A DNA stretch of 32,000 bases from Ureaplasma parvum serovar 3 str. ATCC 27815 (GCF_000019345.1 NC_010503.1:660001-692000), one strand, 5' to 3'. Counted from the first letter of the stretch, positions 1 through 10,905 are shown. The notes: generated by a model from the sequence alone, not told the origin. A program made the numbers and translations.

Positions 1-393
1 AAATGAAGTAATTGGAGTTGATAACATCCCATAATCTTCATTAATATAAACAGTATAATCAAAACTACTAAAAATTTCAGCAACTAGTTTCAAATTTTCA
101 CGTGAGCCAAAGCGGTTGTCTCGGCCAATAACAATAATTTTATTAAAATTCTTTTTCGTTTCTAAATATTCAATAAAACCTAATGTCAATTGAGTATAAG
201 TTATTGCATTTAAATAACGAGTTCCTTCTTCATAAATACAACGTACACCTGATGTACCGAATTTAAATCGATAATTTTCATCAAAAATATGATCAATTTC
301 TTTTTGAGTTTTATTCTTATATTCTTCTTTAATTACTTGAGGAATTTTTGGTGAATTTAATCAACAATTAAAAATTTTATTTGTATTTTCCAT
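1..393 (-). CDS. Phosphoglucomutase/phosphomannomutase-family protein, N-terminal part (gene continues beyond the window start)
   Basis: Reverse-strand reading from ATG at 393 with code 4 gives MENTNKIFNCWLNSPKIPQVIKEEYKNKTQKEIDHIFDENYRFKFGTSGVRCIYEEGTRYLN..., containing the phosphohexomutase N-terminal 'FGTSGVR' motif. RBS-like aaaggaga lies at 401-408 (minus). Confidence 0.8.
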
Positions 394-448
394 AATTTTA
401 TCTCCTTTCTTATTTTATAATGAATAACTATAGAGATATATTTGGATC

Positions 449-823
449 TCATCCAAATGGTAATAATTGTTCAACATTATATTCTTTATAAGTACCATCA
501 TTGTTAAAAACGACGATTTTTGCATCCTTTTTAAAAAATTCAAAAATCACTTGACGACATGCACCACAAGGACTCGCAATATCACCATTATTTTTTGTAA
601 TTATATAAACTGTTTTAAATGTTTTTGCACCATTTGCAATTGCATTAAAGATTGCATTTCTTTCAGCACAAGAAGTTAATCCAAATGATCCATTTTCAAC
701 ATTCACACCAGAGATAAATCCTAAATCAGTATCAACATAAGCAGCAACTGGATAATTTGAATAAGGACTATAACTTTTTTTTAATAACTCTAATAATCCC
801 ATATAAATATCATTATATTTCAT
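449..823 (-). CDS. cdd: Cytidine deaminase
   Basis: 124 aa ORF; CxxE-type deaminase signature 'NGSFGLTSCAERNAIFNAI' and 'ASPCGACRQVIFEF' zinc site. Confidence 0.95.
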   Translation of the reverse strand: MKYNDIYMGLLELLKKSYSPYSNYPVAAYVDTDLGFISGVNVENGSFGLTSCAERNAIFNAIANGAKTFKTVYIITKNNGDIASPCGACRQVIFEFFKKDAKIVVFNNDGTYKEYNVEQLLPFG

Positions 824-913
824 ACTTCAATAACTCCAAATGTTACAAATATCTAACACTATATTATAACATTTTGAAAAAAGTTATAACCTTTTAATAA
901 ATGATAAGAGTAA

Positions 914-939
914 AAAAACCATCATTATTGATGGTTTTT
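914..939. terminator. Bidirectional rho-independent-type hairpin between tRNA-Trp and cdd
   Basis: Perfect 11-bp stem aaaaaccatca/tgatggttttt with 4-nt loop, flanked by A-run and T-run. Confidence 0.7.
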
Positions 940-947
940 ATTTTAAA

Positions 948-1023
948 TGGCAAGGGTAACAGGACTCGAACCCGCAACACGCAGATTTGGAGTCTGCTGT
1001 TCTACCAATTGAACTATACCCTT
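948..1023 (-). tRNA. tRNA-Trp, anticodon CCA, with encoded CCA end
   Basis: Reverse complement AAGGGTATAGTTCAATTGGTAGAACAGCAGACTCCAAATCTGCGTGTTGCGGGTTCGAGTCCTGTTACCCTTGCCA folds as a cloverleaf: 7-bp acceptor AAGGGTA/TACCCTT, anticodon loop CTCCAAA, T-loop GGTTCGAGTCC. Confidence 0.95.
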
Positions 1024-1033
1024 TTTTTGTAGT

Positions 1034-2107
1034 TTATTTATATGCTAACCTTGTTAAAACCAGGGCTTGTCCGTCTTTTACTACAATTGTATCTTCAATT
1101 CTTACACCACCAACATTTGGGATATAAATTCCTGGTTCAACAGTAACAACTGCATTTAATGGCAATTTATTAGGATTACCAGCATTAGTATTTGGTAATT
1201 CATGTACTTGTAAACCTACACCATGACCTGTTCCATGTGTGAAATAGCCCTTAAATTTAGAATTATCAACAATGTCGCGACATACTTTATCAACTTCTTG
1301 ACCTGTTACTTTTGTACTCAATAGATTAATCCCTGCTGTTTGAGATTCAAGAACTTTATCATAAATTTCTTGCATTTGTGGATTTGCTTTATTTCCAACA
1401 ATAAAAGATCTTGTAATATCAGAACAATAACCTTTATAAGTACAACCAATGTCAACAGTTACCATATCTCCATCTTCAATTACACGATTTCCTGGATGAT
1501 GATGTGGTGATCCGCCATTTGGACCTGAAGCAATAATTGGATCAAATGAATTTAATTCTCCACCTAATTCTAACATATGTTTTGAAACTAATGTTGCAAT
1601 TTCAAGTTCTGTTCGACCAATAATATCTTGTTCTCGAATTCAATTACATGTTAAAGCTGCAATATCAGCAGCTTTTTGTAAATATTCAAGTTCTTTTTCA
1701 GTTTTAATAGCACGTAATGTAGCTGATGTAAAAGGAGTAGTATTTTTTACTAATTTTTTTAACATTTCATGAACATCTAATGTTACATAATCAGCTTCAA
1801 CTAATGCATTAGTAATATTTAATTCAACCATTGCGTCTTTTAGTAGATCAAAAGTTGATTTTTGTGGTGTGCGAGCTAATAAAATTACCTTTGCGTTTTT
1901 TACAGTTTCAGACGCTGCTGTATAATAACGAGCATCCACTAGATAAATTGCTTTACCATCTTTATTAATAAACACAAAACCATCACTTGAAGCAAATTCT
2001 AAAAATCAATAACGGTTATAATTAGAAAATAAAATCATACCGTCAGCGCCTTGTGCTTCATGTTCTTTAATTGTTTTTAAAACTTGTTGTAATTTGAAAT
2101 CACTCAT
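1034..2107 (-). CDS. pepP: M24-family metallopeptidase, Xaa-Pro aminopeptidase
   Basis: Single frame (358 codons including stop) once TGA=Trp; motifs 'VTVDIGCTYKGYCSDITR', 'GHGVGLQVHE', 'VVTVEPGIYIPNVGGVRIED' typical of M24 peptidases. Confidence 0.9.
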
Positions 2108-2117
2108 AATTTAATAC

Positions 2118-2279
2118 CTATTTTTTCTTAATTTCAACGTGAGTTGTTACTTTTCGACATTTAGGACAAAATTTATTTAAAGAAAGTCTGTCTGGATTAT
2201 TTTTTGCATTTTTTGTAGTAATGTAATTAATACTTTTACTCTCATTACATTGTAATCTAACGCCTCGTTTAATCGCCAT
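2118..2279 (-). CDS. rpmG: 50S ribosomal protein L33
   Basis: Translated from sequence: [53 protein letters not shown] (53 aa); CxxC 'FCPKCRK'. RBS gaggtgac just upstream. Confidence 0.93.
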   Translation of the reverse strand: MAIKRGVRLQCNESKSINYITTKNAKNNPDRLSLNKFCPKCRKVTTHVEIKKK

Positions 2280-2339
2280 TATGTAGTCACCTCTTCGAAC
2301 AATAATCTATTAATTATATTAAAAATAAAGCTATTTAAC

Positions 2340-4082
2340 TTATTTTTTTAATCTAATCTTGTTTTCTAACATATTTATAAAATCTGTAATAGAAACTGTT
2401 GTCGTTTTTTCACTACCATAGCAACGGTAAGTAACCATTTTGTTGTTTTTAATTTCTTCATCACCAATAACAATTTGATAAGGGATTTTTTGAATTTGAG
2501 CTTCACGAATTTTTTTTGATAAACGCTCATTACGTAAATCTACATTACTACGAATTAAATGCTTTCTTAACTTAATATTTAGCTCCTTTACATAATCAGT
2601 ATGTAAATTTTCATTAACAGGAATGATAACTACTTGAATAGGTGATAATCAAAGCGGTAAAATACCTTTAGTTTGTTCTAATAAAATTGCTAATAAACGT
2701 TCATAAGTTCCAATAATACCAATATGAATCATTACCGGTACGCTTTGTTCATTACTTTCATTAATATAAGTTAAATTAAAACGGTTTGGTAATAAAAAAT
2801 CTAATTGGATAGTTGAAACTGTAATAATTCGATTTAAAACAGTTTTAACCTGAAAATCGATTTTTGGACCATAAAATGCCGCTTCTCCTACCATCTCCTT
2901 ATAAGGAATATTGTGATCTTTTAACATTTTACGTAACACATTTTGTGATTGTTCTCACATTTGAGGATCATCATAATATTTTTCTTTATCATTAGGATCA
3001 TTTAAAGATAAATGAATTTCAAATGTTTTAATACCCAATCCTTCTTGAGCTTCTTGAATCATTTTAAAAGCATTAATAACTTCATGTTCAATTTGATCAA
3101 AGCGACAAAAAACATGACAATCTTCTAAAATCATCTCACGAACCCGCTCAAAGCCTGTTAATCCACCTGATGATTCATAACGATGTAAAATTGAATGTTC
3201 ACTTAAACGAATTGGTAAACTTCGATATGAACGAAGTTCATTAGAGTAAACTAATGTATGATGAGGACATGTCATTGGACGAAGTACTAAGATTTCATTA
3301 TCAATTTGTACTGGTGAAAAAATATTATCTTTATAATGATCTCAGTGTCCACTCGTTTTATATAAATCTATACTACCTAATATAGGCGTAATAACAGTAT
3401 CAAAATTAAATTGAAATTCAACTTCATTAATAAACTTTTGTACCTGATTTTTAATAATGGTTCCATTAGGTAATCAAATTGGTAATCCTTGGCCTGCTAG
3501 ATTATTAAAAGTAAATAAGTTTAAATCTTTACCAATTTTACGATGATCACGTTCTTTTCGTTCTTGTAAATCTTTTAAATAAGCGTCTAATTGATCTTGA
3601 TCACTAAAAGCAACCCCATAAATACGAATTAATTGATCATTATTTGCATCACCTCGTCAATATGAACCTGCAATATTTAATAATTTAATTGCCTTGATCT
3701 CTTTTGTGTTTTGTACATGCGGGCCTTTACATAAGTCAAACCATTTACCTGAGTGATAAATTGAAAGTGAATTATTTTTATTTTGTTCAATAATATCTAA
3801 TTTATATTTATTGTGTTTAAACAATTCCTTTGCTTTTTCATAAGTAACTTGTTCATAATCAAACGTTAAAGCTTGAGTAGTAATTTTCTTCATTTCTTTT
3901 TCAATTTTTAATAAATCTAAAGGGGTAATTGAGGTATTTGGATCATTTAGATTAAAATCATAATAAAACCCCTCATCAATCGTTGGCCCAATCGCAAGGC
4001 TTAAGTTAGGATAAAATTTTGTTAGTGCCATTGCTAAAAGATGTGCAGCACTGTGATTTAGTTTTTGATCAAACTTATACAT
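2340..4082 (-). CDS. thrS: Threonyl-tRNA synthetase
   Basis: One 581-codon frame with code 4, joining the ORF fragments at 2649, 2955 and 3657. '[11 protein letters not shown]', '[14 protein letters not shown]', 'RPMTCPHH', '[31 protein letters not shown]', and a C-terminal anticodon-binding domain. Confidence 0.95.
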
Positions 4083-4234
4083 AAATACCTCGATAAAATA
4101 TTTTTGATATTATTTTTATTTACTAAGTATATTATATAACGTTATATTAATATAATAATTCTATAAAATCCATATTTTGCTAAAATATAATTTGTTTTAA
4201 ACCTATATTAAAATAATTAAGTAAGGACAAGGTT

Positions 4235-5131
4235 ATGAAAAAATCATTTTTAATCATGACAGATTCATCAACGACTTTAGATCGTGAATGAGCTAAAAAT
4301 AATGATGTTATGATTCTGCCGCTTTCTATTTTACGAAGTGATCATACTTTAATTGTAGATGATGGTATAGAATCAAAGCCAGAGCGAATTTATGAAGACA
4401 TTGATAATGGATACACCTTTCAAACAAGTTGTACACCATATGGTGTTTTAATTGAAGCTATTGAACAAAAACTACAAGAATATGAAAAAATTATTTTTAT
4501 TGGCATCTCTAGTGGATTTAGTAGTCAATTCAATAATGCAAAAAATTTAGAGAAAGAATATCAAGACAAATTATTTGTTGTAGACACAGAAGACTTTGGC
4601 TATTCCTTAGAACATCTAGTTTACAAAATTAAAGCAATGTTAAGCAATAATATTAGTTTTGGTGATATTTTAAAAATGATTAACAAACACCATGATTATA
4701 CAAGTAGTTTTTTAGCATGTGAAAATATTACTGGCCTTGTTCGTTCTGGTCGAATCCCTAAAATCATTGGTACTATGTTAAAATTAAGTAAAGTAACACC
4801 CATAATTAAAGCTGAATGAAAAAATCACCGTGCGGGAATGGCATTAAATATTCGTTCTGCACCCCATAAAATTCTTGAAAATATTAACCATGTTTTTGAT
4901 AATCAACTAAATAATCATACAATTGAAAAAGTATGTATTCTACAAGCGGGATTATCAAGTGAAAGAATTGATGAACTAAAAAATGATGTAATTAACCATT
5001 TTCATGTTGATAAGGAAAAGATTGTAATTAGATCTGGTCCTCCAATCTTTTTAGTATATGTTTGAAAAGGAGCATTAGGTATTCAAGTGATAGCTAATAT
5101 TCCAAAAAAACATGTTGAAAAAAAACATTAA
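4235..5131 (+). CDS. DegV family (fatty-acid-binding) protein
   Basis: Code-4 frame MKKSFLIMTDSSTTLDREWAKNNDVMILPLSILRSD...; 'TDSSTTL', 'TSCTPYGVLIEAIE', 'IGISSGFSSQFNNA' fit the DegV pattern. Ends HVEKKH*. Confidence 0.85.
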
Positions 5132-5853
5132 TAATAGACTTTATACAAATATAATCCACAAGCGGGTGCTAATTTAATACTAGCACCCTTTTTGGGGTAT
5201 ATTAATAATTCATGAATTTTTGCTAAACTTATTTTATTAAAAGCATAATCTAAACAAGAAGCAACGATCATACGAACCATGTTTTTTAAAAAACCATTTG
5301 CATTAATATAAATTATTAAGTGTGTATCTCTTTTGATTTTAACTCAATTAATGCGACGTATTGTCATTGTTAATTCACTAGTTGAAAACGATTTAAAATC
5401 ATGTTCGCCAACAAACAATTCTAATGCTTCTAATATTTTTTGATCATTAATTTTTTGATTAACAAAAAGTTCATAATTATTTCTAAACAAATCAAATTCA
5501 TAATCATTAATGACATATTGATATGTTTTAGAAGTAGCATTATATTGAGCATGAAATGAATCATCAACCTTTTGCACTTCTAAAATTTGAATATCAGAAC
5601 TAGTTCGTGAGCAAAGTGCTTGATAAATAATGTGCGAATCATATTTTAACGCACTATGTTTAACACTAAAGGTTTGCTCGTAAGCGTGTACACCTTTATC
5701 AGTACGTCCTGAACCAATAATCCTGATATTATTAATTTTAAAAATTGATTTAAAAATTTCTTCTAAATCCCCTTGAACCGTTCTTTTTTGTGGTTGTCTA
5801 GCTCATCCATAAAATAAACTACCATCATAACGAAGACTAATTTTATAATTCAT
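5128..5853 (-). CDS. truA: tRNA pseudouridine(38-40) synthase
   Basis: 242-codon frame; 'LRYDGSLFYGWASQPQKRTVQGDLEE', catalytic 'GSGRTDKGVHA', 'FLKNMVRMIV'. Confidence 0.92.
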
Positions 5854-5914
5854 AATTATTAATTCCTATTCCAATAAATAAAAAATAACCTGTTTAACAA
5901 GTTATTTCATCAAA

Positions 5915-7231
5915 TTACTTAGCAAACAATGCACTTGCTTCAAATACACCAAATGGAGTGAAATAAAATTTAATCACGGCCAATGATATTAAAAATCCAA
6001 CGAGAATACACAAAATTCCAAATAAAGCATAATCTGCTAGGTTTAATGGAAAAGTACGATAACGTGTTCGTGCATAACGAGGGTTATAAGAACGTGCTTC
6101 CATAGCATTTGCTAAATCTTCTGCTTTTTTAAAAGCAATTGAAAATAATGGTACAACTAGTGAAATTAATGATTTTAATTTTTGAATAGGTCCGCCATTA
6201 TTAAAATCAACACCACGTGAAGCTTGTGCATTTAATATTCTTTTTGATTCATCTAATAATGACGGAATAAAACGTAATGCAATTGAAATCATCATTGAAG
6301 CCTCAGCAACAGGCAATCGTAAAATTTTAAAAGGACTTAACAAATCTTCCAAACCATTTGTCAATTCAATAGATGAAGTCGTAGCTGTTAGAATTGATGA
6401 TAAGGTTATCATTAAAAAAATTTTTATTGATATATAAACAGCTAATTGAATAGCAATAGGACTTAAAGCGAAAGGACTTCGTGTATAAAATAAAGCGGTT
6501 TGAGCCTTACCTAATTGATCACCTACACCTGACAAAATTAAACCTTGATATTTAATACCATTGATCTTTCATAAATTCGTTGACATATAATATGATAAAT
6601 GACTTAATGGCACTTCAAGTTTTCCAGATTTTAAGGTACTATTACCATAAATTGGATAAAAATTATTCAATCGAACATCTTGGTTTAACGCATTAAAAGT
6701 ACTTTCTAATTTTTTAACAGTTACGTTATTTTCATTTAAAAATTTAGCAACATTATAATCGGGTTTATCAATTAGTTTTTTAATAATCTCAGGACTAATA
6801 TAATTTTTAATTTCTCCACCTCAAATATTCGAAACTAAATTTTGGGGATGAGTTGATGAAATATCATTATAAAATAAATTAAATGATAAATTTCTATTAA
6901 TAGGACCATTAATTCAACTATTATTACCTAAAATTACTTTAGCTTGATCTGTGACATTATAAATAGCAATAGGATCTTTATATGTCATTCAATTAATAAG
7001 TAGTAGGATAATGAACAACATAACGACGGATTTAAAAACATTTCATAAAGTACGCTTAGGTAATTTAGCTACAAAAAAGACGATTAAAATAAAAATTCCA
7101 ATAATCATTTGCGCAAAAAAGCCAAGTGGTAAAAAAATCATAGCAATTAATAAAATAAAAGAAATAAATTTAATTGCTGGATTTAAACGATGAATTGGTG
7201 AACGTCGAAACACATAAGCATTAGCACTCAT
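5915..7231 (-). CDS. ecfT: Energy-coupling factor transporter transmembrane protein EcfT, with a long inserted segment
   Basis: 439-codon frame; 'EASMMISIALRFIPSLLDESKRILNAQASRGVDF' and 'EDLANAMEARSY' (EcfT Ala-Arg signature regions); directly downstream of the two ATPases. Confidence 0.9.
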
Positions 7232-8533
7232 TTATTTTTCTCCTTTTTTAAATTCGATGATAGCATCTGCTAACTCTTCAATTGTGCGTGGTTGTTTTTG
7301 TTTTAGAATTTCATATTTAAGATCTTTTTTAATCAATTCATTAATAACTGCAATTACACGAGGAACTTGAATTGAAGTTGAATTAATAATGTGTTGATCA
7401 AAAAAAATTTCATAAGGTGTCCCTGTTTTAATAATTTCACCTTCATCCATTACAATCACTTCATCAGCAACTTCAAGCACATGTTCCATAGTATGGGTAA
7501 TAACAAAAACTGTTTTATTATTTGCTTTCGCATCTAAAATAATTTGCATCATTTCGTGTTCACCTGCAGGATCTAAACCAGCTGTTGGTTCATCAAAAAC
7601 TAAAATATCATTTTGGATTGCTAAAATTCCAGCAATTGCTACTCGGCGTTTTTGGCCTCCAGATAATCCAAAAGGTGAGCGTTCTAAATAATCATCTCCT
7701 AAACCTAATTTATTTAAATAAAATTTAGCTCGTTTTTTAGCTTCGCTTTTTTTTACACCTAAATTAACTGGACCAAACATGATGTCTTTTTCAATAGTAT
7801 CCTTAAACAATTGGTATTCAGGGAATTGGAATACAAAACCAACACGTCTACGTAATTCTTTAAACCGCTTTATTTTTTTTGATAAATGATAGTTCGTCTT
7901 AATTTCTTTTTTAATAAATTCAAAACGTTGTAACTCTTCATAATTCATCTTATCATTAATTTCTAATATAACATTTTTATCAACACGAACTACTGCTATT
8001 TTAGTGTTTTCTCTTACATAAGGATTTGTAATTAATTCATGATTATTTTTTGTTTTAATAAATTTTAAACTAATTGGTTTTTGTTTAAAATTTGCTTCAA
8101 ACAAAATCCGTGCTTGTTGAATATTAACTTCATTAGAAAATAAAACTAGAAAGGTCCATTGATCTAGTTGATTCCGTCATAATAAATTAATAATTTTTTT
8201 ATCATATGAATCAATCACTCCTAATAATTGGCGTTCAAAATCAAAATGATCACCAGAAACAATATCACCGACTTGAACGAAACCATAACGCGAGATCATT
8301 AATCCATTAAAATGAGTAACTAGCGTAGATTTACCAGAACCAGAATTTCCAATAATAAAATAGATTTTATTTTTTTTAAAATCATACGAAATATTATTTA
8401 ATGCGACTAATTGATTTTCTTGTTTTTCATCATAAACAGCATATAAATTTTTTACACGAACACTAATATCATTAGATATTGGTCGTGGTACTTTAAGTTT
8501 TCTTTTGAAAAAATAATCCATTAATTTTTGCAT
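7232..8533 (-). CDS. ecfA2: ECF transporter ATP-binding protein EcfA2, with a long insertion between Walker A and Q-loop
   Basis: 434-codon code-4 frame; Walker A 'GNSGSGKST', 'VGFVFQFPEYQLF', 'LSGGQKRRVAIAG', 'ILVFDEPTAGLDPAG', H-loop 'VFVITHTMEHV'. Confidence 0.92.
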
Positions 8534-9405
8534 ATTTTTTCAATTAACTCCTCATTATTCAAAGTTAAATCAATTTTTAACCCCTTTTCCTTTAAGGTTT
8601 TTGCTAATTTTAATGTAAATGGAATATCTAATTGCATTTTTAATAAACGTTCTTCATTAGCAAAAATTTCTTGTGGTGTACCTATATATTGAACTTCGCC
8701 ATTTGACATGACAATAACTTTATCAGCTTTAACTACTTCTTCCATATCATGAGTAATAGAAATAATTGTTTTTTTTGCAACATCACGCAATGAAACCATT
8801 AATTCTTTTAATTCATTTTTTCCTTTGGGATCTAACATACTTGTGGATTCATCAAAAATAATCACTTTAGGATTAATTGCTAAAACAGAAGCAATTGCAA
8901 CTCTTTGTTTTTGACCGCCAGATAGTTCAAGTGATTCTTTTTTTAATAGATCTTCAATTCCCGTTGCAACAGCTGCATCATTAATAATATCTCACATTTT
9001 ATTTGGCGGAACCTTACGATTTTCTAAACCAAAAGCAATATCATCTTCAGCCGTAATACCTACAAATTGATTATCAGGATTCTGAAAAACAATTCCGATA
9101 TTATTTCGCAAATATTTTAAATTAGCAGCACTTATCTCAATTCCAAAAAGTTTAATTACACCGCTTTTAGGTTTTAATAATCCTGTTAAAACCTTAGATA
9201 TCGTTGATTTTCCAGAACCATTATGACCAATAACACAAACATATTCATTGTCATTAATTGTAAATGAAACATTTTTTAAAATCATTCGTTCTTCTGTATA
9301 AGCAAAATAAACATTTTCAAATTCAATGGCAACACTTGAATCATTAATAATCTTATCTAATGATGAAATTTGATAATTATGAGTATTTTTATCATTATGA
9401 CTCAT
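8521..9405 (-). CDS. ecfA1: ECF transporter ATP-binding protein EcfA1
   Basis: 295-codon frame; 'GHNGSGKST', 'IGIVFQNPDNQFVG', 'LSGGQKQRVAIA', 'VIIFDESTSMLDP', 'ISITHDMEE'; overlaps the ecfA2 start by 13 nt. Confidence 0.92.
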
Positions 9406-9492
9406 TTAATCAACTCCTTAAAGAAGATATTTATATATTATATTATGTTTTTTAATAAAACATATATAAAGGCAATTAAAAATAGGTAAATA

Positions 9493-9518
9493 AAAGGTGT
9501 TAGATAACTAACACCTTT
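9493..9518 (-). terminator. Hairpin between rplA and ecfA1 (possible terminator)
   Basis: Perfect 11-bp inverted repeat aaaggtgttag/ctaacaccttt with 4-nt loop; on the minus strand it is followed by CTTTTATTT-like sequence, so the U tract is weak. Confidence 0.55.
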
Positions 9519-9544
9519 CACATGTTTTATTATAAATAAAAAAT

Positions 9545-10234
9545 TTAATTATTATTAATAACAACTTTTATTCCAGGACCCATTGTAGGTGAAACAGCAA
9601 TATTTTGAATATATTGACCCTTTACAGTCGCTGGTTTTTTTGATTTAATTAAGTTTAATAATGCATTAGCATTTTCTTCAATTTTAGTTGTTTCAAATGA
9701 AACACGACCAATACTCATATGGATATTTCCATAAGTATCTGTACGGTATTCAATTCGACCTCTTTTAAATTCTTCTACAGCTTTTAGAACATCATTTGTA
9801 ACTGTTCCAATTTTTGGATTAGGCATTAGTCCACGAGGCCCCAATACTTTTCCTAATTTAGCTAATAATGGCATCATTTTTTGGTTAGTAATAATTACAT
9901 CAATTTGGTTTAACATCTTTTCAATATTTTGAATGTAATCTGCTCCACCAAAATAATCAGCACCAACTGAAGCAGCCTCTTCTTTGGTAATATCTTCACT
10001 TAAAACAAGAACTCGTACATTTTTACCATTACCGTTTGGCAATGAAATTGACCCACGTAATTGTTGTTCAACTTTAGTAGTATCTAAATTCAATTTAATA
10101 GCGATATTAATTGATCCATCAAATTTAGTAATTGACTTCTCTTGTGCTAATTTAATTGCATCAAATAATGGGTAAGCTTTTTGCTTATCAATTCCTTCAT
10201 AAGCAGCAAATAATTTTTTAGAAATTTTAGCCAT
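9545..10234 (-). CDS. rplA: 50S ribosomal protein L1
   Basis: 229 aa; 'GLMPNPKIGTVTNDV', 'VEEFKRGRIEYRTDTYGNIHMSIGRVSF' are L1 signatures. Confidence 0.96.
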   Translation of the reverse strand: MAKISKKLFAAYEGIDKQKAYPLFDAIKLAQEKSITKFDGSINIAIKLNLDTTKVEQQLRGSISLPNGNGKNVRVLVLSEDITKEEAASVGADYFGGADYIQNIEKMLNQIDVIITNQKMMPLLAKLGKVLGPRGLMPNPKIGTVTNDVLKAVEEFKRGRIEYRTDTYGNIHMSIGRVSFETTKIEENANALLNLIKSKKPATVKGQYIQNIAVSPTMGPGIKVVINNN

Positions 10235-10236
10235 GA

Positions 10237-10692
10237 TTAGTTACCTTTCTTTTCTTTATATGCACTTACGCCTTCAATTACAATTCCCATTTGTTTTGCA
10301 GAACCAGCAATCATTCTTAAAGCGGCTTCTTCATCATATGCTGTCATATCAATCAATTTATAACGAGCTATTTCTAAAGCTTGTTCTTTTGAAATTGTTG
10401 CAACAGTTTGCTTTTTAGGATCTTTGGCACCACTTTTGATTTTAGCAATATCTTTTAGTAAAAAAGTCACGGGAGTAGTTTTGATAACATAATCAAATGA
10501 TTTATCTTTATAAGCTGTAATAATTACTGGGATAACCTTACCGTTTTGGTCTTTAGTTTTATCATTAAATGACTTAGTAAACTCAGCCATATTAATACCA
10601 ACTGATGCTAATGCTGGACCAGGTTTAGCTTGTCCACCAATTAGATTTAACTTTGCGATTCTTGTAACTTCTTTCTTTTTAGGAGCCACACG
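10237..10692 (-). CDS. rplK: 50S ribosomal protein L11 (GTG start preferred; the track start at TTG 10698 adds 2 codons)
   Basis: [42 protein letters not shown]...; RBS gaggtg is spaced 6 nt from GTG at 10692 but abuts the TTG used by the ORF track. Confidence 0.93.
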   Translation of the reverse strand, partial: RVAPKKKEVTRIAKLNLIGGQAKPGPALASVGINMAEFTKSFNDKTKDQNGKVIPVIITAYKDKSFDYVIKTTPVTFLLKDIAKIKSGAKDPKKQTVATISKEQALEIARYKLIDMTAYDEEAALRMIAGSAKQMGIVIEGVSAYKEKKGN

Positions 10693-10813
10693 CAACACCT
10701 CTTTCTACTTAATTTGTTAAGTTAAAATTTAAGATATTCGCTACGTGGTTTAACAAGTTTAAAACTCTTCCACATGCTAATAAATTGTGTAAGTAAGTTA
10801 CTACACGTATCAA

Positions 10814-10842
10814 ATTATACTATACAACTTACTTAAAATCAA
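10814..10842 (-). promoter_or_regulatory. Predicted sigma-A-type promoter of rplK-rplA
   Basis: Minus strand reads TTGATT (10842-10837), 17-nt spacer, TATAAT (10819-10814). Confidence 0.65.
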
Positions 10843-10876
10843 TTAAAATTTAAAATTACTATCACTTTATTAATAC

Positions 10877-10905
10877 TTGGTTTTAATGGTGAAGGATGGT
10901 ATAAT
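10877..10905 (+). promoter_or_regulatory. Predicted sigma-A-type promoter of the large permease gene
   Basis: TTGGTT (10877-10882), 17-nt spacer, TATAAT (10900-10905) preceded by TG (extended -10, 'tggtataat'). ATG is about 60 nt downstream with a ttggag RBS. Confidence 0.6.

Noticed and set aside
4134-4147. 14-bp palindrome atataacgttatat between thrS and the DegV-family gene
   Set aside because: Short and in extremely AT-rich sequence, where such palindromes arise by chance; no clear promoter overlap argument.
7011-7193. Plus-strand 60-aa ORF within ecfT, and similar small plus ORFs at 467, 24933, 26043, 26371, 29305 and 30736
   Set aside because: All are short and antisense to confident genes, with no independent evidence.
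9984-10418. Plus-strand ORFs (9984..10175 and 10233..10418) antisense to rplA and rplK
   Set aside because: They lie opposite clearly coding ribosomal protein genes, have low-complexity translations, and no family motif or plausible RBS.
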